A stretch of DNA of 64,000 nt from a virus: IMG/VR virus record IMGVR_UViG_3300010005_000040; one strand, given 5' to 3'. The notes below the pieces were generated by a model. That model had not been told where the DNA came from. It worked only from the letters and a program-made list of their open reading frames with translations, and did no database searches. The translations under genes were made by a program, and so were the position numbers. The first letter of the stretch is position 1. The number at the start of each line of letters is the position of its first letter. Of this stretch, positions 1 through 8,566 are shown in pieces.

Positions 1-401
1 CAGGTCTTGACCACACCATTGGCTGACAGAAGGCTATCCCATGTCGCATTGTAGACGATGCGATAGCCGTCGTTTTCCTTCCAGAACGTGTAGTTCAGGC
101 CATCCGTGGCCTGCTCGGCCCAGGCGATGTCTTCCTTGCCCACAGGCTCGGCAACGGCCATATGCTCCGAGGCTGTGAACACGCGAATGATGCCGGGAAG
201 CATCCAACCCATGGTGTCGGCGAGATCACGCGACACAGCACTCGACCGGCCTGTTTCGGCCACGATATCAAGCATTTTTCCCTGATAGTATTCCAGGGCC
301 TTGGTCTGCTTCTTGCTCGATGTTGCCCGGTCGGACTGAGCGAGGGCGATTTCGCGCGCAACCAGTGCTTTAAGCTCGTCCTCCCCCATTCGCTTGGCCA
401 T
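1..401 (-). CDS. Portal protein, 5' part (window-truncated copy of 43339-45507)
   Basis: Identical to 45107-45507. Confidence 0.9.
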   Translation of the reverse strand, partial: MAKRMGEDELKALVAREIALAQSDRATSSKKQTKALEYYQGKMLDIVAETGRSSAVSRDLADTMGWMLPGIIRVFTASEHMAVAEPVGKEDIAWAEQATDGLNYTFWKENDGYRIVYNATWDSLLSANGVVKT

Positions 402-1916
402 CTAGACAATGCTCCTTGCGAGCTGCAACGCGCGTGTGTTCTTCGGGGAAGCGGGCGGTGCTGGTTTGTAGCCGTCGCCGAAGGTCATGAACCCGTCAGC
501 GCCATGGCTGTGATCGTCATGGCGCGGCTGGCTTTTCCAAACCGCGTATTTCTCGTCCCAATCGCGGGAATAGCTTTCGAGATGGGCTAGGCCTGCTTCA
601 GTCTCGGCCGCGTCGAACTCACACTCAGGGAGCCTCGTCCTTGCCGTCTGGATGCTGGTGTTCTTGTCGGCGCTGCGCTCGACTATCTCCATCTGGTAGC
701 CAAGGCCTGCGAAGATCGTCTTCAGCGTGGTGATCTCACCCTGGCTTCCGGGCCTGCGAGTGTCGAAGTCATGCGGCGCTATATGACGTCCGAACCGAAC
801 GCTCCGAACAGAGCGCCACTTGTCGAGCCAGTCGGCGTAATGTGCTGGCCCCTCGCCGCTCGCCTCATAATAGCCAACGAAGCGGTTGCGGCCCGCTATC
901 TCCTGATGCAGCCAGATCGTTGTTGAATCGTTTAGGCCCCAATCCCAGAAGGTATTGACCGGGAGCTTGGGATCGTAGGGCAGCGGCCCAATACGCTTCA
1001 ACTGCCTGAGATTGCGGATTTCCTTGGCAAAGTAGGCGCCATCCTTGGCGGCCTTGAACGCTTCTTCGGGCGTTGAGGGGAATTCCTTCCACATATCCTC
1101 GCCCTGCTCTCTCGACTTGGCCGCGTACCACCACTCCTGCTCTTTGCTCAGTGTGACGCCATGCTCATCCTTGAGGGCCTTGAAATAGGCCTTGTCCTCA
1201 GGTGTGAGTGCGAACTCTTGGCTGGTGCGGTAGGCCAGGTCCCTGTACCAGGGGAAGAAATGGAACTTGTATTCCAGGTCAGCGGGCTCTCTGCCGCTAT
1301 CCTTGACCCCTTGCGCCAACTGTGACTTGTCGTAGAAATCTCCGCCCCTACCCTCTGCCGTGCTTTCGATGAAACAAAGCTGCTTGGGAGCCAGTGTATT
1401 CAACGCGCCGGACTTGATCTCTTTCGCCTTGTCGGGATATTTGGCGCAGATCTTCCCGTATTCAGACACATGGATGAAATTGAATGTTCCAGAGCGGAGC
1501 GACACTCCAACCTGGATGATGGAGCCATTGCCAAGCTCGAACTCATAGGCATTGTCTGACTTCAGCGGCACAACGCGCTTGATGTCTTCAGGCAATCGCT
1601 CATACGCAAACTTGACGCGCTTCAATAGGTTCTTGGCATTGTCGATCGTATCGGCGACCAGGCCAGCCGCGAAATGGTCGTTGAACAGGACGCAATCAAG
1701 AGCCAGAAGCAGGATGAATGTTGAGAACCCAAGCTGGCGGGCTTTCAGCACGATATTGAGATAGTGCAGATCGTCCAGCAGCGTCTTTTGCGCAGGGTTC
1801 AGCTTGAACTTAACGACCTGGCCGTGCTTGTCCTCAATCCAGTACAGGTTGTTGAGACGCCATTCCCTGCTGGACCAGAGATCGACAAGCTCCTTACTTA
1901 GAGCGGGTGAGCCCAT
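402..1916 (-). CDS. terL: Terminase large subunit
   Basis: Walker A-like KARQLGFST, Walker B-like FIHVSEYG, ESTAEG coupling motif, C-terminal RNase H-like nuclease (FWDWGLND...HDDHSHGADGF); directly upstream of portal. Confidence 0.95.
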   Translation of the reverse strand: MGSPALSKELVDLWSSREWRLNNLYWIEDKHGQVVKFKLNPAQKTLLDDLHYLNIVLKARQLGFSTFILLLALDCVLFNDHFAAGLVADTIDNAKNLLKRVKFAYERLPEDIKRVVPLKSDNAYEFELGNGSIIQVGVSLRSGTFNFIHVSEYGKICAKYPDKAKEIKSGALNTLAPKQLCFIESTAEGRGGDFYDKSQLAQGVKDSGREPADLEYKFHFFPWYRDLAYRTSQEFALTPEDKAYFKALKDEHGVTLSKEQEWWYAAKSREQGEDMWKEFPSTPEEAFKAAKDGAYFAKEIRNLRQLKRIGPLPYDPKLPVNTFWDWGLNDSTTIWLHQEIAGRNRFVGYYEASGEGPAHYADWLDKWRSVRSVRFGRHIAPHDFDTRRPGSQGEITTLKTIFAGLGYQMEIVERSADKNTSIQTARTRLPECEFDAAETEAGLAHLESYSRDWDEKYAVWKSQPRHDDHSHGADGFMTFGDGYKPAPPASPKNTRALQLARSIV

Positions 1917-2157
1917 TTACCGCATCCATGAGGGCTTTGATGCTGTCCCCCGCCTCGTGTGTCATCGTGCCATCGTGCGAAACCGCTGACAGGTCCGGCA
2001 ACACTTTGTTTAGCAAAGTCTTTCCGCAACTGACTTGCTGCGCATCGAGAGAGATGTCACCCATAACACAGCGCTGGAAGCGATTGATGATCTGCGCCGC
2101 CTGGATCTTGGCCCGCGTCTCGTCGTCATGGCGTATTTTTGACACGCGAGCAGCCAT
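1894..2157 (-). CDS. terS: Terminase small subunit (probable)
   Basis: 87 aa, overlaps terL start; IQAAQIINR...LLNKVLPDL pattern typical of podovirus TerS. Confidence 0.7.
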   Translation of the reverse strand: MAARVSKIRHDDETRAKIQAAQIINRFQRCVMGDISLDAQQVSCGKTLLNKVLPDLSAVSHDGTMTHEAGDSIKALMDAVNGLTRSK

Positions 2158-2354
2158 TACGACGCCCGCTTCAAATTTATCTTGCCAATGCGGCAGCGGT
2201 GAACGGCCGGGTTGAGATCAGCCCGCGCCATCGCACGAATTGCATTCGATATCGGCAACTGCTGCCTAGCCCATGCAGCATGCGTCAGAGCCTTGGGCTC
2301 ATCTGGGATGTTCGGCATCGAGCCGAGTACAAAATTCAAGATCGAGTTCAACAT
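2157..2354 (-). CDS. Hypothetical late protein
   Basis: 65-aa ORF coupled to terS start. Confidence 0.55.
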   Translation of the reverse strand: MLNSILNFVLGSMPNIPDEPKALTHAAWARQQLPISNAIRAMARADLNPAVHRCRIGKINLKRAS

Positions 2355-2380
2355 GGCAATCCTTCACAGGTTGTTGCCGG

Positions 2381-2713
2381 TTATCCAAATTCTTTGAGGA
2401 TTTCCGTGTGGTCTTCGAGCAGCCTGATCAATGCCGGGATGCTCATCGAAGTGGCGCAGAGATTGATCGAGCAATCGAGGAACTGCCGTGCCTGCTCTGC
2501 CTTGAATGCGGCTGCGCACTTCTCAGCCATTTCGGTTATCTGGCGAGGTTCAGCCATTGATTGCCCTGTTTTGTTTGTGTCAACCGCGTCAGGCTTCGGC
2601 ATTGCCGCTGCTGGCCTTTGACAGATGCAGCGATGGGCTTTGCCGGCGGCGATCCATGGATCAGCGCTTAACCGAATCTCGATGCGTATCAACGCGACGA
2701 GCGGGGCCGGCAA
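2381..2713 (-). CDS. Hypothetical late protein (start uncertain)
   Basis: First ORF after the putative late promoter. Confidence 0.4.
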   Translation of the reverse strand: MPAPLVALIRIEIRLSADPWIAAGKAHRCICQRPAAAMPKPDAVDTNKTGQSMAEPRQITEMAEKCAAAFKAEQARQFLDCSINLCATSMSIPALIRLLEDHTEILKEFG

Positions 2714-2762
2714 ATTGGTGATTTGATGGGGTCTGGACGCGGTTTCGCATCCTTCATTTCAC

Positions 2763-2791
2763 ACAATCGGTGATTTGCGGCGAAGTGTCAA
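2763..2791 (-). promoter_or_regulatory. Putative late promoter (pR'-like)
   Basis: Minus strand TTGACA-N17-GATTGT between the Q-like gene and the late operon. Confidence 0.55.
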
Positions 2792-2945
2792 TACGGAACG
2801 TGCCGTTTCTATTCTACCCACGCCCAACATTGGCGAGTGACGACATGAGAGACATTGCTGGGCGAAACACCCGCCAGTACCGAAACCTCTTTGTCGGTTT
2901 TCCCAGGCTTTAGCCGGCGAATCTCTCTGACCTTATCCGGGTTCC

Positions 2946-3473
2946 CTAACGGAATTTTCGACGCAGCGCCGCAATGCACTCCTTGACCTGTTCCACGTTA
3001 CCCGAAACCGGATTGTCGTAGAACACCACGCCGTGAAACGTCATCCTGGCTTTGCTCTCACACTCGTTCAGTGGGGCAACCCATTCAGCATAGGATTTGC
3101 GGGCGCGATCGATACTGGCTTGGGAGGGTTCGCCGCCCTCCCCTCGGATTGTGGCTACGTAGTCCATCGCCTTTGGGAATGGATGCTGTGGATTGGTCAG
3201 GCTCATGAACCGCGCAACTGTCTGCACATAGTCATCGCACACCTCGACATCGACCAGATCGATTTGCTTGCGAAGGTATAGGCGGCCGATCTCATAGCCT
3301 GCCAGCCTTTCACCAGCCTGGACCAAGGTCAGGCCGTGTTGCCGCATGCGGGCCTCTACCGTCGCGTGACGGATCTCTGCGACAGACGGACGCTGAAGCT
3401 GCCCGTTGCTCTCGCGCGGTCCTGCCTTGCGTGTTCTGCCACGGCGCTGGGCTTTCGTTCGGGCTTTACCCAC
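2946..3473 (-). CDS. Putative late-gene regulator/antiterminator (Q-position gene)
   Basis: Last early gene before the late promoter; basic N-terminus MGKARTKAQRRGRTRKAG..R..NG common to rhizobiophage genes at this position. Confidence 0.5.
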   Translation of the reverse strand: MGKARTKAQRRGRTRKAGPRESNGQLQRPSVAEIRHATVEARMRQHGLTLVQAGERLAGYEIGRLYLRKQIDLVDVEVCDDYVQTVARFMSLTNPQHPFPKAMDYVATIRGEGGEPSQASIDRARKSYAEWVAPLNECESKARMTFHGVVFYDNPVSGNVEQVKECIAALRRKFR

Positions 3474-3666
3474 GCGGATGCCACCTCCTCAAGATCTGCG
3501 GGGCGTCGACAACAGGGACAGCCCACCAACCGCCGGGAATCGGAAAGTGCTTGGTGAGGAATTCGGCCGCTTCGTGCGGCGACCTGGACTCCAAGCCCTT
3601 CCACTCCTGGACAAGTTCAGGACGGCGTTCAGCTATTACATCCCTGATTTCTTCGAATTCCTTCAT
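3466..3666 (-). CDS. Hypothetical protein
   Basis: 66-aa ORF overlapping its neighbours. Confidence 0.55.
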   Translation of the reverse strand: MKEFEEIRDVIAERRPELVQEWKGLESRSPHEAAEFLTKHFPIPGGWWAVPVVDAPQILRRWHPRG

Positions 3667-3692
3667 CTCGGTCCCTCTGGGGTGTCTGTCAT
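3663..3692 (-). CDS. 9-codon minigene MTDTPEGPR
   Basis: ATGA overlap with both upstream stop (3689-3691) and downstream start (3666). Confidence 0.4.
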   Translation of the reverse strand: MTDTPEGPR

Positions 3693-4036
3693 GAGGATGC
3701 TCCGGAGGCTTTGGAGAGCGCGCTGCGGCCGGGCAAAGGATCCCCGAACATGCGCTGGGTGAGCGTGCGCGTATCGGGCGGGATTTCTGCCAGGCGAGCT
3801 GCTACGTCCTGCTCTGGCGGCCTGCGGTACCGTATCTCAACCACATGGTCTTCATTGCTCGTGCGGATTCGCCTTGCCGTGTTGATGCGATTGCGACAGT
3901 GCGCAGCATACTCCGCGTCGAGCCAGCAGCGAACCGTTGTTGTGGTGCTGCCATACATTGAAGCCAGACGGCTATATGACCAGCCCTTTGCCAGCAATTC
4001 CTGTGCTTCAGTCTTGTCCCAAGGCTTGGGGAACAT
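3689..4036 (-). CDS. HTH protein with C-terminal DTRTLTQRMFGDPLPGRSAL motif
   Basis: N-terminal HTH-like GWSYSRLASMYGSTTTTVRCWL; start moved to ATG 4036. Confidence 0.6.
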   Translation of the reverse strand: MFPKPWDKTEAQELLAKGWSYSRLASMYGSTTTTVRCWLDAEYAAHCRNRINTARRIRTSNEDHVVEIRYRRPPEQDVAARLAEIPPDTRTLTQRMFGDPLPGRSALSKASGASS

Positions 4037-4041
4037 GATAC

Positions 4042-4431
4042 TCACCCTTCTTTCTGCCTCTTGTCCCAGACATCCCGGAGGAATTTGGGCTTGTAGTTTG
4101 TGAGGGGCTTGATCGGCACGACATTCTCTGCGCGCTCTGCAAGCTTGGCCTGGTAGGCGCGCTCCTTCTCGGCGCCGTCTTCGTAGGCGCATCGATTGAG
4201 CCATGTCTGGGCATGGCATTTGTATTCGCCCTGCCCGCCTGCACGGATGAACCACGCCGCACCGTCTACGATGTCCTGTGGCTCTGCACCGCGTTCCTCG
4301 ACATGGCGGAAGAACTCGTCACGAGCTGCGCCGCGTCCGTCGTTCTTGTGCATGTGTGGCGACCAGATTTTCCAGAAGGCCTGGAACTCTGGTGTTTCAT
4401 CTGCTTTCGTTGTTGGTCGTGCGCGCTTCAT
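4042..4431 (-). CDS. Short replication-initiator C-terminal-domain-like protein
   Basis: EFQAFWKIW...AARDEF...IVDGAAWF...HAQTWLNR pattern resembles the C-terminal module of phage replisome organisers; ATGA-coupled start 4431. Confidence 0.5.
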   Translation of the reverse strand: MKRARPTTKADETPEFQAFWKIWSPHMHKNDGRGAARDEFFRHVEERGAEPQDIVDGAAWFIRAGGQGEYKCHAQTWLNRCAYEDGAEKERAYQAKLAERAENVVPIKPLTNYKPKFLRDVWDKRQKEG

Positions 4432-4754
4432 GCGACTTCTCCGATAGTCCGATACTCCACAGGCCGCCCCTCGCGCTCCGCTCGGGCTATGCCGTAGGTC
4501 ATGCCGCTGGAGATGCCGCGATCGGTGTAGACCACTGTCGCATCCGCTTGGCCGCCCCATGCGAGGCCGGCATTGATGCCGAGCTGGCGCTCTACCGGAT
4601 CATTGTCGTCAAGGACGCCGGGTTGGATGTAGAGCAAGTGTGACGCTATCGGCGCCTCATAGCGAAGCAGGCAGTCGCGAAGACAGCGCCGCGCGTATTC
4701 GATATTTGCCTCAACTTCGCCGGCAAATGGGCTTTCAAGGATGACGGTCCTCAT
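4428..4754 (-). CDS. Conserved phage protein, nucleoside-deoxyribosyltransferase-like fold (tentative)
   Basis: VILESPFAG..EANIEYARRCLRD...APIASHLLY...DATVVYTDRGISSGM. Confidence 0.55.
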   Translation of the reverse strand: MRTVILESPFAGEVEANIEYARRCLRDCLLRYEAPIASHLLYIQPGVLDDNDPVERQLGINAGLAWGGQADATVVYTDRGISSGMTYGIARAEREGRPVEYRTIGEVA

Positions 4755-5260
4755 GCTGCCTTCCTCCATAGCTTACGCTGCCAGGGCAGAGTGCAAACCC
4801 CAAGACCGGCCCAGTCGGCTTGCTTGAGGGCCAATTGCGCTTCCTCACCGACCGCAAAAAGAGTGGTTCCGTCCGAAGGGCTTTTCCCTTCGGAGCCATC
4901 GGGCCGGACGAACCTAATCTTCTTCGAAACGTGCAAAACAGCTTCGGAACGCTTAAATGTCGTTTGCCACCATGGCGCGCTGGTTCGGTCTGGTGTCAGG
5001 GCAACCCCGTTACCGTGAGCAAGGAACTTATCCAGCCACGGCTGAAGCGAATTACGACCACCAAATGGGGGGTTCATCCAAATGAAGCCGCACCATGCGC
5101 GCTCTAAAGACCGGCTGTAGATCCATCCATCACAGGGTACATGCAACGGTCCACTCGCGGGTGCTGCGACATCCAGATCGAAATGACACCCAAGCGCGTC
5201 GAAGACGTATTTCGGCGTATACCAATCATCAGATTTTCCCGGCGCCTCCCAGTAACTCAT
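4751..5260 (-). CDS. Phage DNA N6-adenine methyltransferase
   Basis: DDWYTP, FDLDVAA (SAM-binding) and WMNPPF catalytic motif; ATGA-coupled start 5260. Confidence 0.88.
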   Translation of the reverse strand: MSYWEAPGKSDDWYTPKYVFDALGCHFDLDVAAPASGPLHVPCDGWIYSRSLERAWCGFIWMNPPFGGRNSLQPWLDKFLAHGNGVALTPDRTSAPWWQTTFKRSEAVLHVSKKIRFVRPDGSEGKSPSDGTTLFAVGEEAQLALKQADWAGLGVCTLPWQRKLWRKAA

Positions 5261-5640
5261 GCGGCCATTGCCTCCGCGGCTTCGCAAATCAGGACGACAA
5301 CAGCCGGGCCGCCCAAACTATCGGCCCACTTAGCGCTGACCTCTTCCGCAAGACTGTCGTCAGTGACGATACCAGCGGCCACCAGGGCGTCAGAGACGGG
5401 CTTGATGGTGTTGTCGATGTCGCGGGCGCGCTTGCTGCGCCAATCACGCTGTACGGCTATGTAAAGGCGATATGGCCCATTGATCTTGCCAGGCCGAGCC
5501 GCCGCGATTTCCCATGCTGTCGATTTCTTCCATGCCGCATAGGTCTTGCTCTTGACGGAATGTACCTTGCCGCCCGCAATGAAGTGGGCGCGCATGGCAT
5601 TAGCCGAAGGCGGCATGTCTGAAATCTCAATGCGGATCAT
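5257..5640 (-). CDS. rusA: RusA-like Holliday junction resolvase
   Basis: PPSAN, RDIDNTIKPVSDAL and TDDSL motifs. Confidence 0.88.
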   Translation of the reverse strand: MIRIEISDMPPSANAMRAHFIAGGKVHSVKSKTYAAWKKSTAWEIAAARPGKINGPYRLYIAVQRDWRSKRARDIDNTIKPVSDALVAAGIVTDDSLAEEVSAKWADSLGGPAVVVLICEAAEAMAA

Positions 5641-5843
5641 GCGTCTTTTCGCTGCTCGAAATAGCGGCATGACGCCGTGCCCGATGGGACCGCTTTCTTG
5701 TCGTCTCCGGTCATCCTGCGATACTGAGCGCAGACCATCTTCTTGCCGGTCTGGTTCGTGACCCAGTGCTCACATGAAGAGCAGACAGCCCCGGCCGGAC
5801 CCGTCCCGGCGAAGTGTGCCATCCCGACGTGTTCGGTGATCAT
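5637..5843 (-). CDS. Small Cys-rich (Zn-finger-like) protein
   Basis: CSSCEHW...C...C pattern; coupled on both sides. Confidence 0.55.
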   Translation of the reverse strand: MITEHVGMAHFAGTGPAGAVCSSCEHWVTNQTGKKMVCAQYRRMTGDDKKAVPSGTASCRYFEQRKDA

Positions 5844-6259
5844 GGCTGCGCCGGACGCTTTCCGGCTTCAAGGATGGGCAAGCCGGCCTCGGTTGGCACG
5901 TAGATGACATCGCGACCTGTGCGCCCTGTATTCTCCAGCATTTCGATGTAGCGCCACCGCAAGTAACCCTCGGGACCGCCCAAGCCCTCCGCGATGATGC
6001 GATTGGCCTCAGCGACACCCTTGGCGCGCTCTACCTCGGCCTTGGCCGTAAGGGTCGACGCGTCGAAAGCCGCCTGGGCCTCAAGAACCTTCACACGTCG
6101 CGTGCTTTCAGCGCTGGCGAGTTGAGCTTCACCCTCCATGCGCTGCGAGTAGACGTTGTACTGCGGGTAGACGTAGCTGCACCCACCGATGCCAGCCACG
6201 CCAAGAAAGATCATTCCAGTAACCGCACCGAAAATAGCTGCGCCTTCGCTCATGGTCAT
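5840..6259 (-). CDS. Membrane protein resembling the C-terminal part of SPFH/band-7 proteins
   Basis: One N-terminal TM, Ala/Glu-rich coiled coil (AEVERAKGVAEANRII), C-terminal VIYVPTEAGLPILEA. Confidence 0.6.
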   Translation of the reverse strand: MTMSEGAAIFGAVTGMIFLGVAGIGGCSYVYPQYNVYSQRMEGEAQLASAESTRRVKVLEAQAAFDASTLTAKAEVERAKGVAEANRIIAEGLGGPEGYLRWRYIEMLENTGRTGRDVIYVPTEAGLPILEAGKRPAQP

Positions 6260-6283
6260 TCTCCGTTGGGTTGATCTGCGATT

Positions 6284-6490
6284 TCAGGCAGCTTGTCGAA
6301 GCCGGCGAGCGCATTCCCGTTTGCCGTTCGGCGCATAGGTTTTGCCTGTGACGCGAGTGGGCCGGTATCCAATGGTTCCGTCTGGAACTTCCTCCTGACG
6401 CCACAGGGCGATGAATTTGACACTGTTGTCCTTAGCCCAGACCTTCACCCGCTGGCGTTTGGCCGCGCGGTATGTGCTTGCATGTCTCAC
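6284..6490 (-). CDS. Hypothetical protein
   Basis: 68-aa basic ORF with GTG start in operon orientation. Confidence 0.5.
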   Translation of the reverse strand: MRHASTYRAAKRQRVKVWAKDNSVKFIALWRQEEVPDGTIGYRPTRVTGKTYAPNGKRECARRLRQAA

Positions 6491-6493
6491 TGC

Positions 6494-6958
6494 TCACTCT
6501 CCGTCCTTGAGATTAGCTCCGTGCCCCACCGCGACAGCCTGCCCCCGCAAGCGAGCAATCTCCGGCCCGTAAAAATCAGGATCGATTTCCACAAGGCGCG
6601 ATGCCATGGCCGCGTTGACCTTTTGGGCGATGAGAAGTTCGTGTTTGGCACGGCTTAAGCTTTCCTCGTTGTGCTTCTCGACTGCCTCGCGAACCGCGTC
6701 CGCGATGTCTGCCGGAATGCGTTTGATCTTGCGCCACCGAAGCCTCTCGATGACGGTGTGCGGCAACCGAGCCGCGCGGGCCGCCTTGTTGATGGATTCC
6801 TTCGCCGGACCGTCTCCGCCCAAGAGACGAACAGCCGACGCCATTTCCAATTGAATGCACTCAGCACGCATAATTTCTGCTTCGCGCCGTGGATTTTCCC
6901 GGTCGCGCCCCTGGTTTTCCGTCATTGAGAAGTCCTCTTGCTGCATGTTGCTCGTCAT
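6494..6958 (-). CDS. CII-position transcriptional regulator-like protein
   Basis: HTH-like KESINKAARAARLPHTVIERLRW; position downstream of cro. Confidence 0.45.
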   Translation of the reverse strand: MTSNMQQEDFSMTENQGRDRENPRREAEIMRAECIQLEMASAVRLLGGDGPAKESINKAARAARLPHTVIERLRWRKIKRIPADIADAVREAVEKHNEESLSRAKHELLIAQKVNAAMASRLVEIDPDFYGPEIARLRGQAVAVGHGANLKDGE

Positions 6959-7381
6959 GGAGCAACGGCGCAGACGAGAGGACTGGCGAAACGAAGAGAC
7001 AATGGAACAGGCCGCTGCACGGCTCCTGCAAGTGCTTGAGCAGCGATCTGAAAAGCGAAAGGTTGCCGGGCACCTTCAAGCGCCGGCAGAGTTTCACGAT
7101 CCCCGACCACATGTCCCTGCGTGTCGGGAGAAGGTGGCGGAGCCAAGCCGGAGCGATAGAAAAAGGTCCGCCTCGCTCGACGGTTTGGCTCCGCCAGTTG
7201 CCGACGTGGGAGGAGTTTACGTCGGATTGGAAATGAAGGGCGGACGCGCGACTAACAGCCCTGTTGAGACTGGCGATTTGAGGACCAACGGGCGCGCGCG
7301 TCCTACAACTCCAGACGAAGCCGTTGGTGGAGATCGTGACGGGGGTTACCGACACTCTGGAGAATTTGGTTGAAGGGGTCA

Positions 7382-7819
7382 TTAGACGGCCCTCAATTCG
7401 CGGGGACCGTGGACCCGTTTATCGGCGATGTTTTCCTTATGGGTCTTCCAAACCATATGCAGAGGCGACACGCATCCAACGTGTCCATTTCCGCAGGAAT
7501 GTGCCGCCTCGTGCTTTGGGGATGGCGCTGGGCCATTGGCGACCTCGCAGACTATCCTCGAGACGATAACATGGCGATTTTCGTGGAACATTCTCGCGTA
7601 GCCGTCGCGGCATTTTTTGTACGGCCAAAGGAGGCACCTATTCTCATCGTGCTTGAGAATGACATCCCGGAAATAGCGACCAATTTCCCCATCGGCTGTG
7701 CGCCTGAGATCGGTCGAGCCGCTACGCTTGAACCTCTTATAATGGGCACCGCAGAAACCAAGGGCGTCCAAAGGCTTCTGGCATTGCGGGACGGAGCAAC
7801 ATTGGAATGATTGGGTCAT
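7382..7819 (-). CDS. HNH (Zn-binding-loop, His-Me finger) homing endonuclease
   Basis: N-terminal C-x4-C...GFCGAHY Zn finger; CLLWP...EAAHSCGNGHVGCVSPLHMVWKTHKEN. Confidence 0.85.
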   Translation of the reverse strand: MTQSFQCCSVPQCQKPLDALGFCGAHYKRFKRSGSTDLRRTADGEIGRYFRDVILKHDENRCLLWPYKKCRDGYARMFHENRHVIVSRIVCEVANGPAPSPKHEAAHSCGNGHVGCVSPLHMVWKTHKENIADKRVHGPRELRAV

Positions 7820-8088
7820 GCTGGTACCTTCGAACTGGTGAGCATGGAGGTGAAAATGCTGATGTCGGTCTTGCGCTTCTGAATGGGTCGGAAGCCGCTT
7901 ACATGGCCCATATGGCGCGGGTCGCATTCCGCGAACGAGAGAAACAATCCGTACACGTTGTCATCGTGGAAGCCGGCGATCGTATATTTCTCGCCCTTCC
8001 TGAACATGGGAAATCCCAGATCACCAATCTTCTTCTTGGCGTCTTTGATGCATTCGACTTCCATGCCGATGTGCCAGTGCGCGCTCAC
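7816..8088 (-). CDS. Hypothetical protein
   Basis: GTGA-coupled start at 8088 (MSAHWHIGMEVECI...). Confidence 0.6.
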   Translation of the reverse strand: MSAHWHIGMEVECIKDAKKKIGDLGFPMFRKGEKYTIAGFHDDNVYGLFLSFAECDPRHMGHVSGFRPIQKRKTDISIFTSMLTSSKVPA

Positions 8089-8309
8089 TGTGCCGCCCTC
8101 CTGGTTGTGGGGTTGCGGATGGCGGAGGCGATGACTTGGCCGGCACCGAGAGGTAGTCCGAACTTGAATAAGGTCAGCGCGATCTGTGCGCAGCGCTCGC
8201 GTTCTGTAAGGATGGCGAGCGCTATATGTCGAATGCCCGCGCTTTCCTTCGGCAGGGTTCCCCAGCACTCCGCTGCGGCTTGATCGATGTCTTCCGGGAT
8301 GTCTGTCAT
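8085..8309 (-). CDS. Hypothetical protein
   Basis: Coupled ORF; ILTERERCAQI motif common in phage early proteins. Confidence 0.6.
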   Translation of the reverse strand: MTDIPEDIDQAAAECWGTLPKESAGIRHIALAILTERERCAQIALTLFKFGLPLGAGQVIASAIRNPTTRRAAQ

Positions 8310-8566
8310 GATGCGCTCACAGGAGGCTTGGGAAGGGCCGCACGAAGCTTTTCGCTATAGAGCCGGTATGGATCGAAACGGGTCAAAAGAGCGCGGTAAT
8401 GATCCTGATACGTCACCAAATAGTAGTCGTTCCAAAGACGATTGGCGCTGACAACGGGGATCATCTTCATCCGGTGACGATAGGTCACTTCATTGCAATA
8501 AAGGCCCCAGATCAGCCAGACGGTGATTTGGACGAAAAGTGTGATGAACACGCCGGTGAGGATCAT
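8306..8566 (-). CDS. Hypothetical membrane protein
   Basis: Hydrophobic N-terminal segment; coupled ORF. Confidence 0.55.
   Translation of the reverse strand: MILTGVFITLFVQITVWLIWGLYCNEVTYRHRMKMIPVVSANRLWNDYYLVTYQDHYRALLTRFDPYRLYSEKLRAALPKPPVSAS

Noticed and set aside
6855-7382. 170-aa ORFs on both strands across the cII leader
   Set aside because: Neither has a clear SD or domain and both run through a strong hairpin; left unresolved, the plus-strand one cannot be excluded
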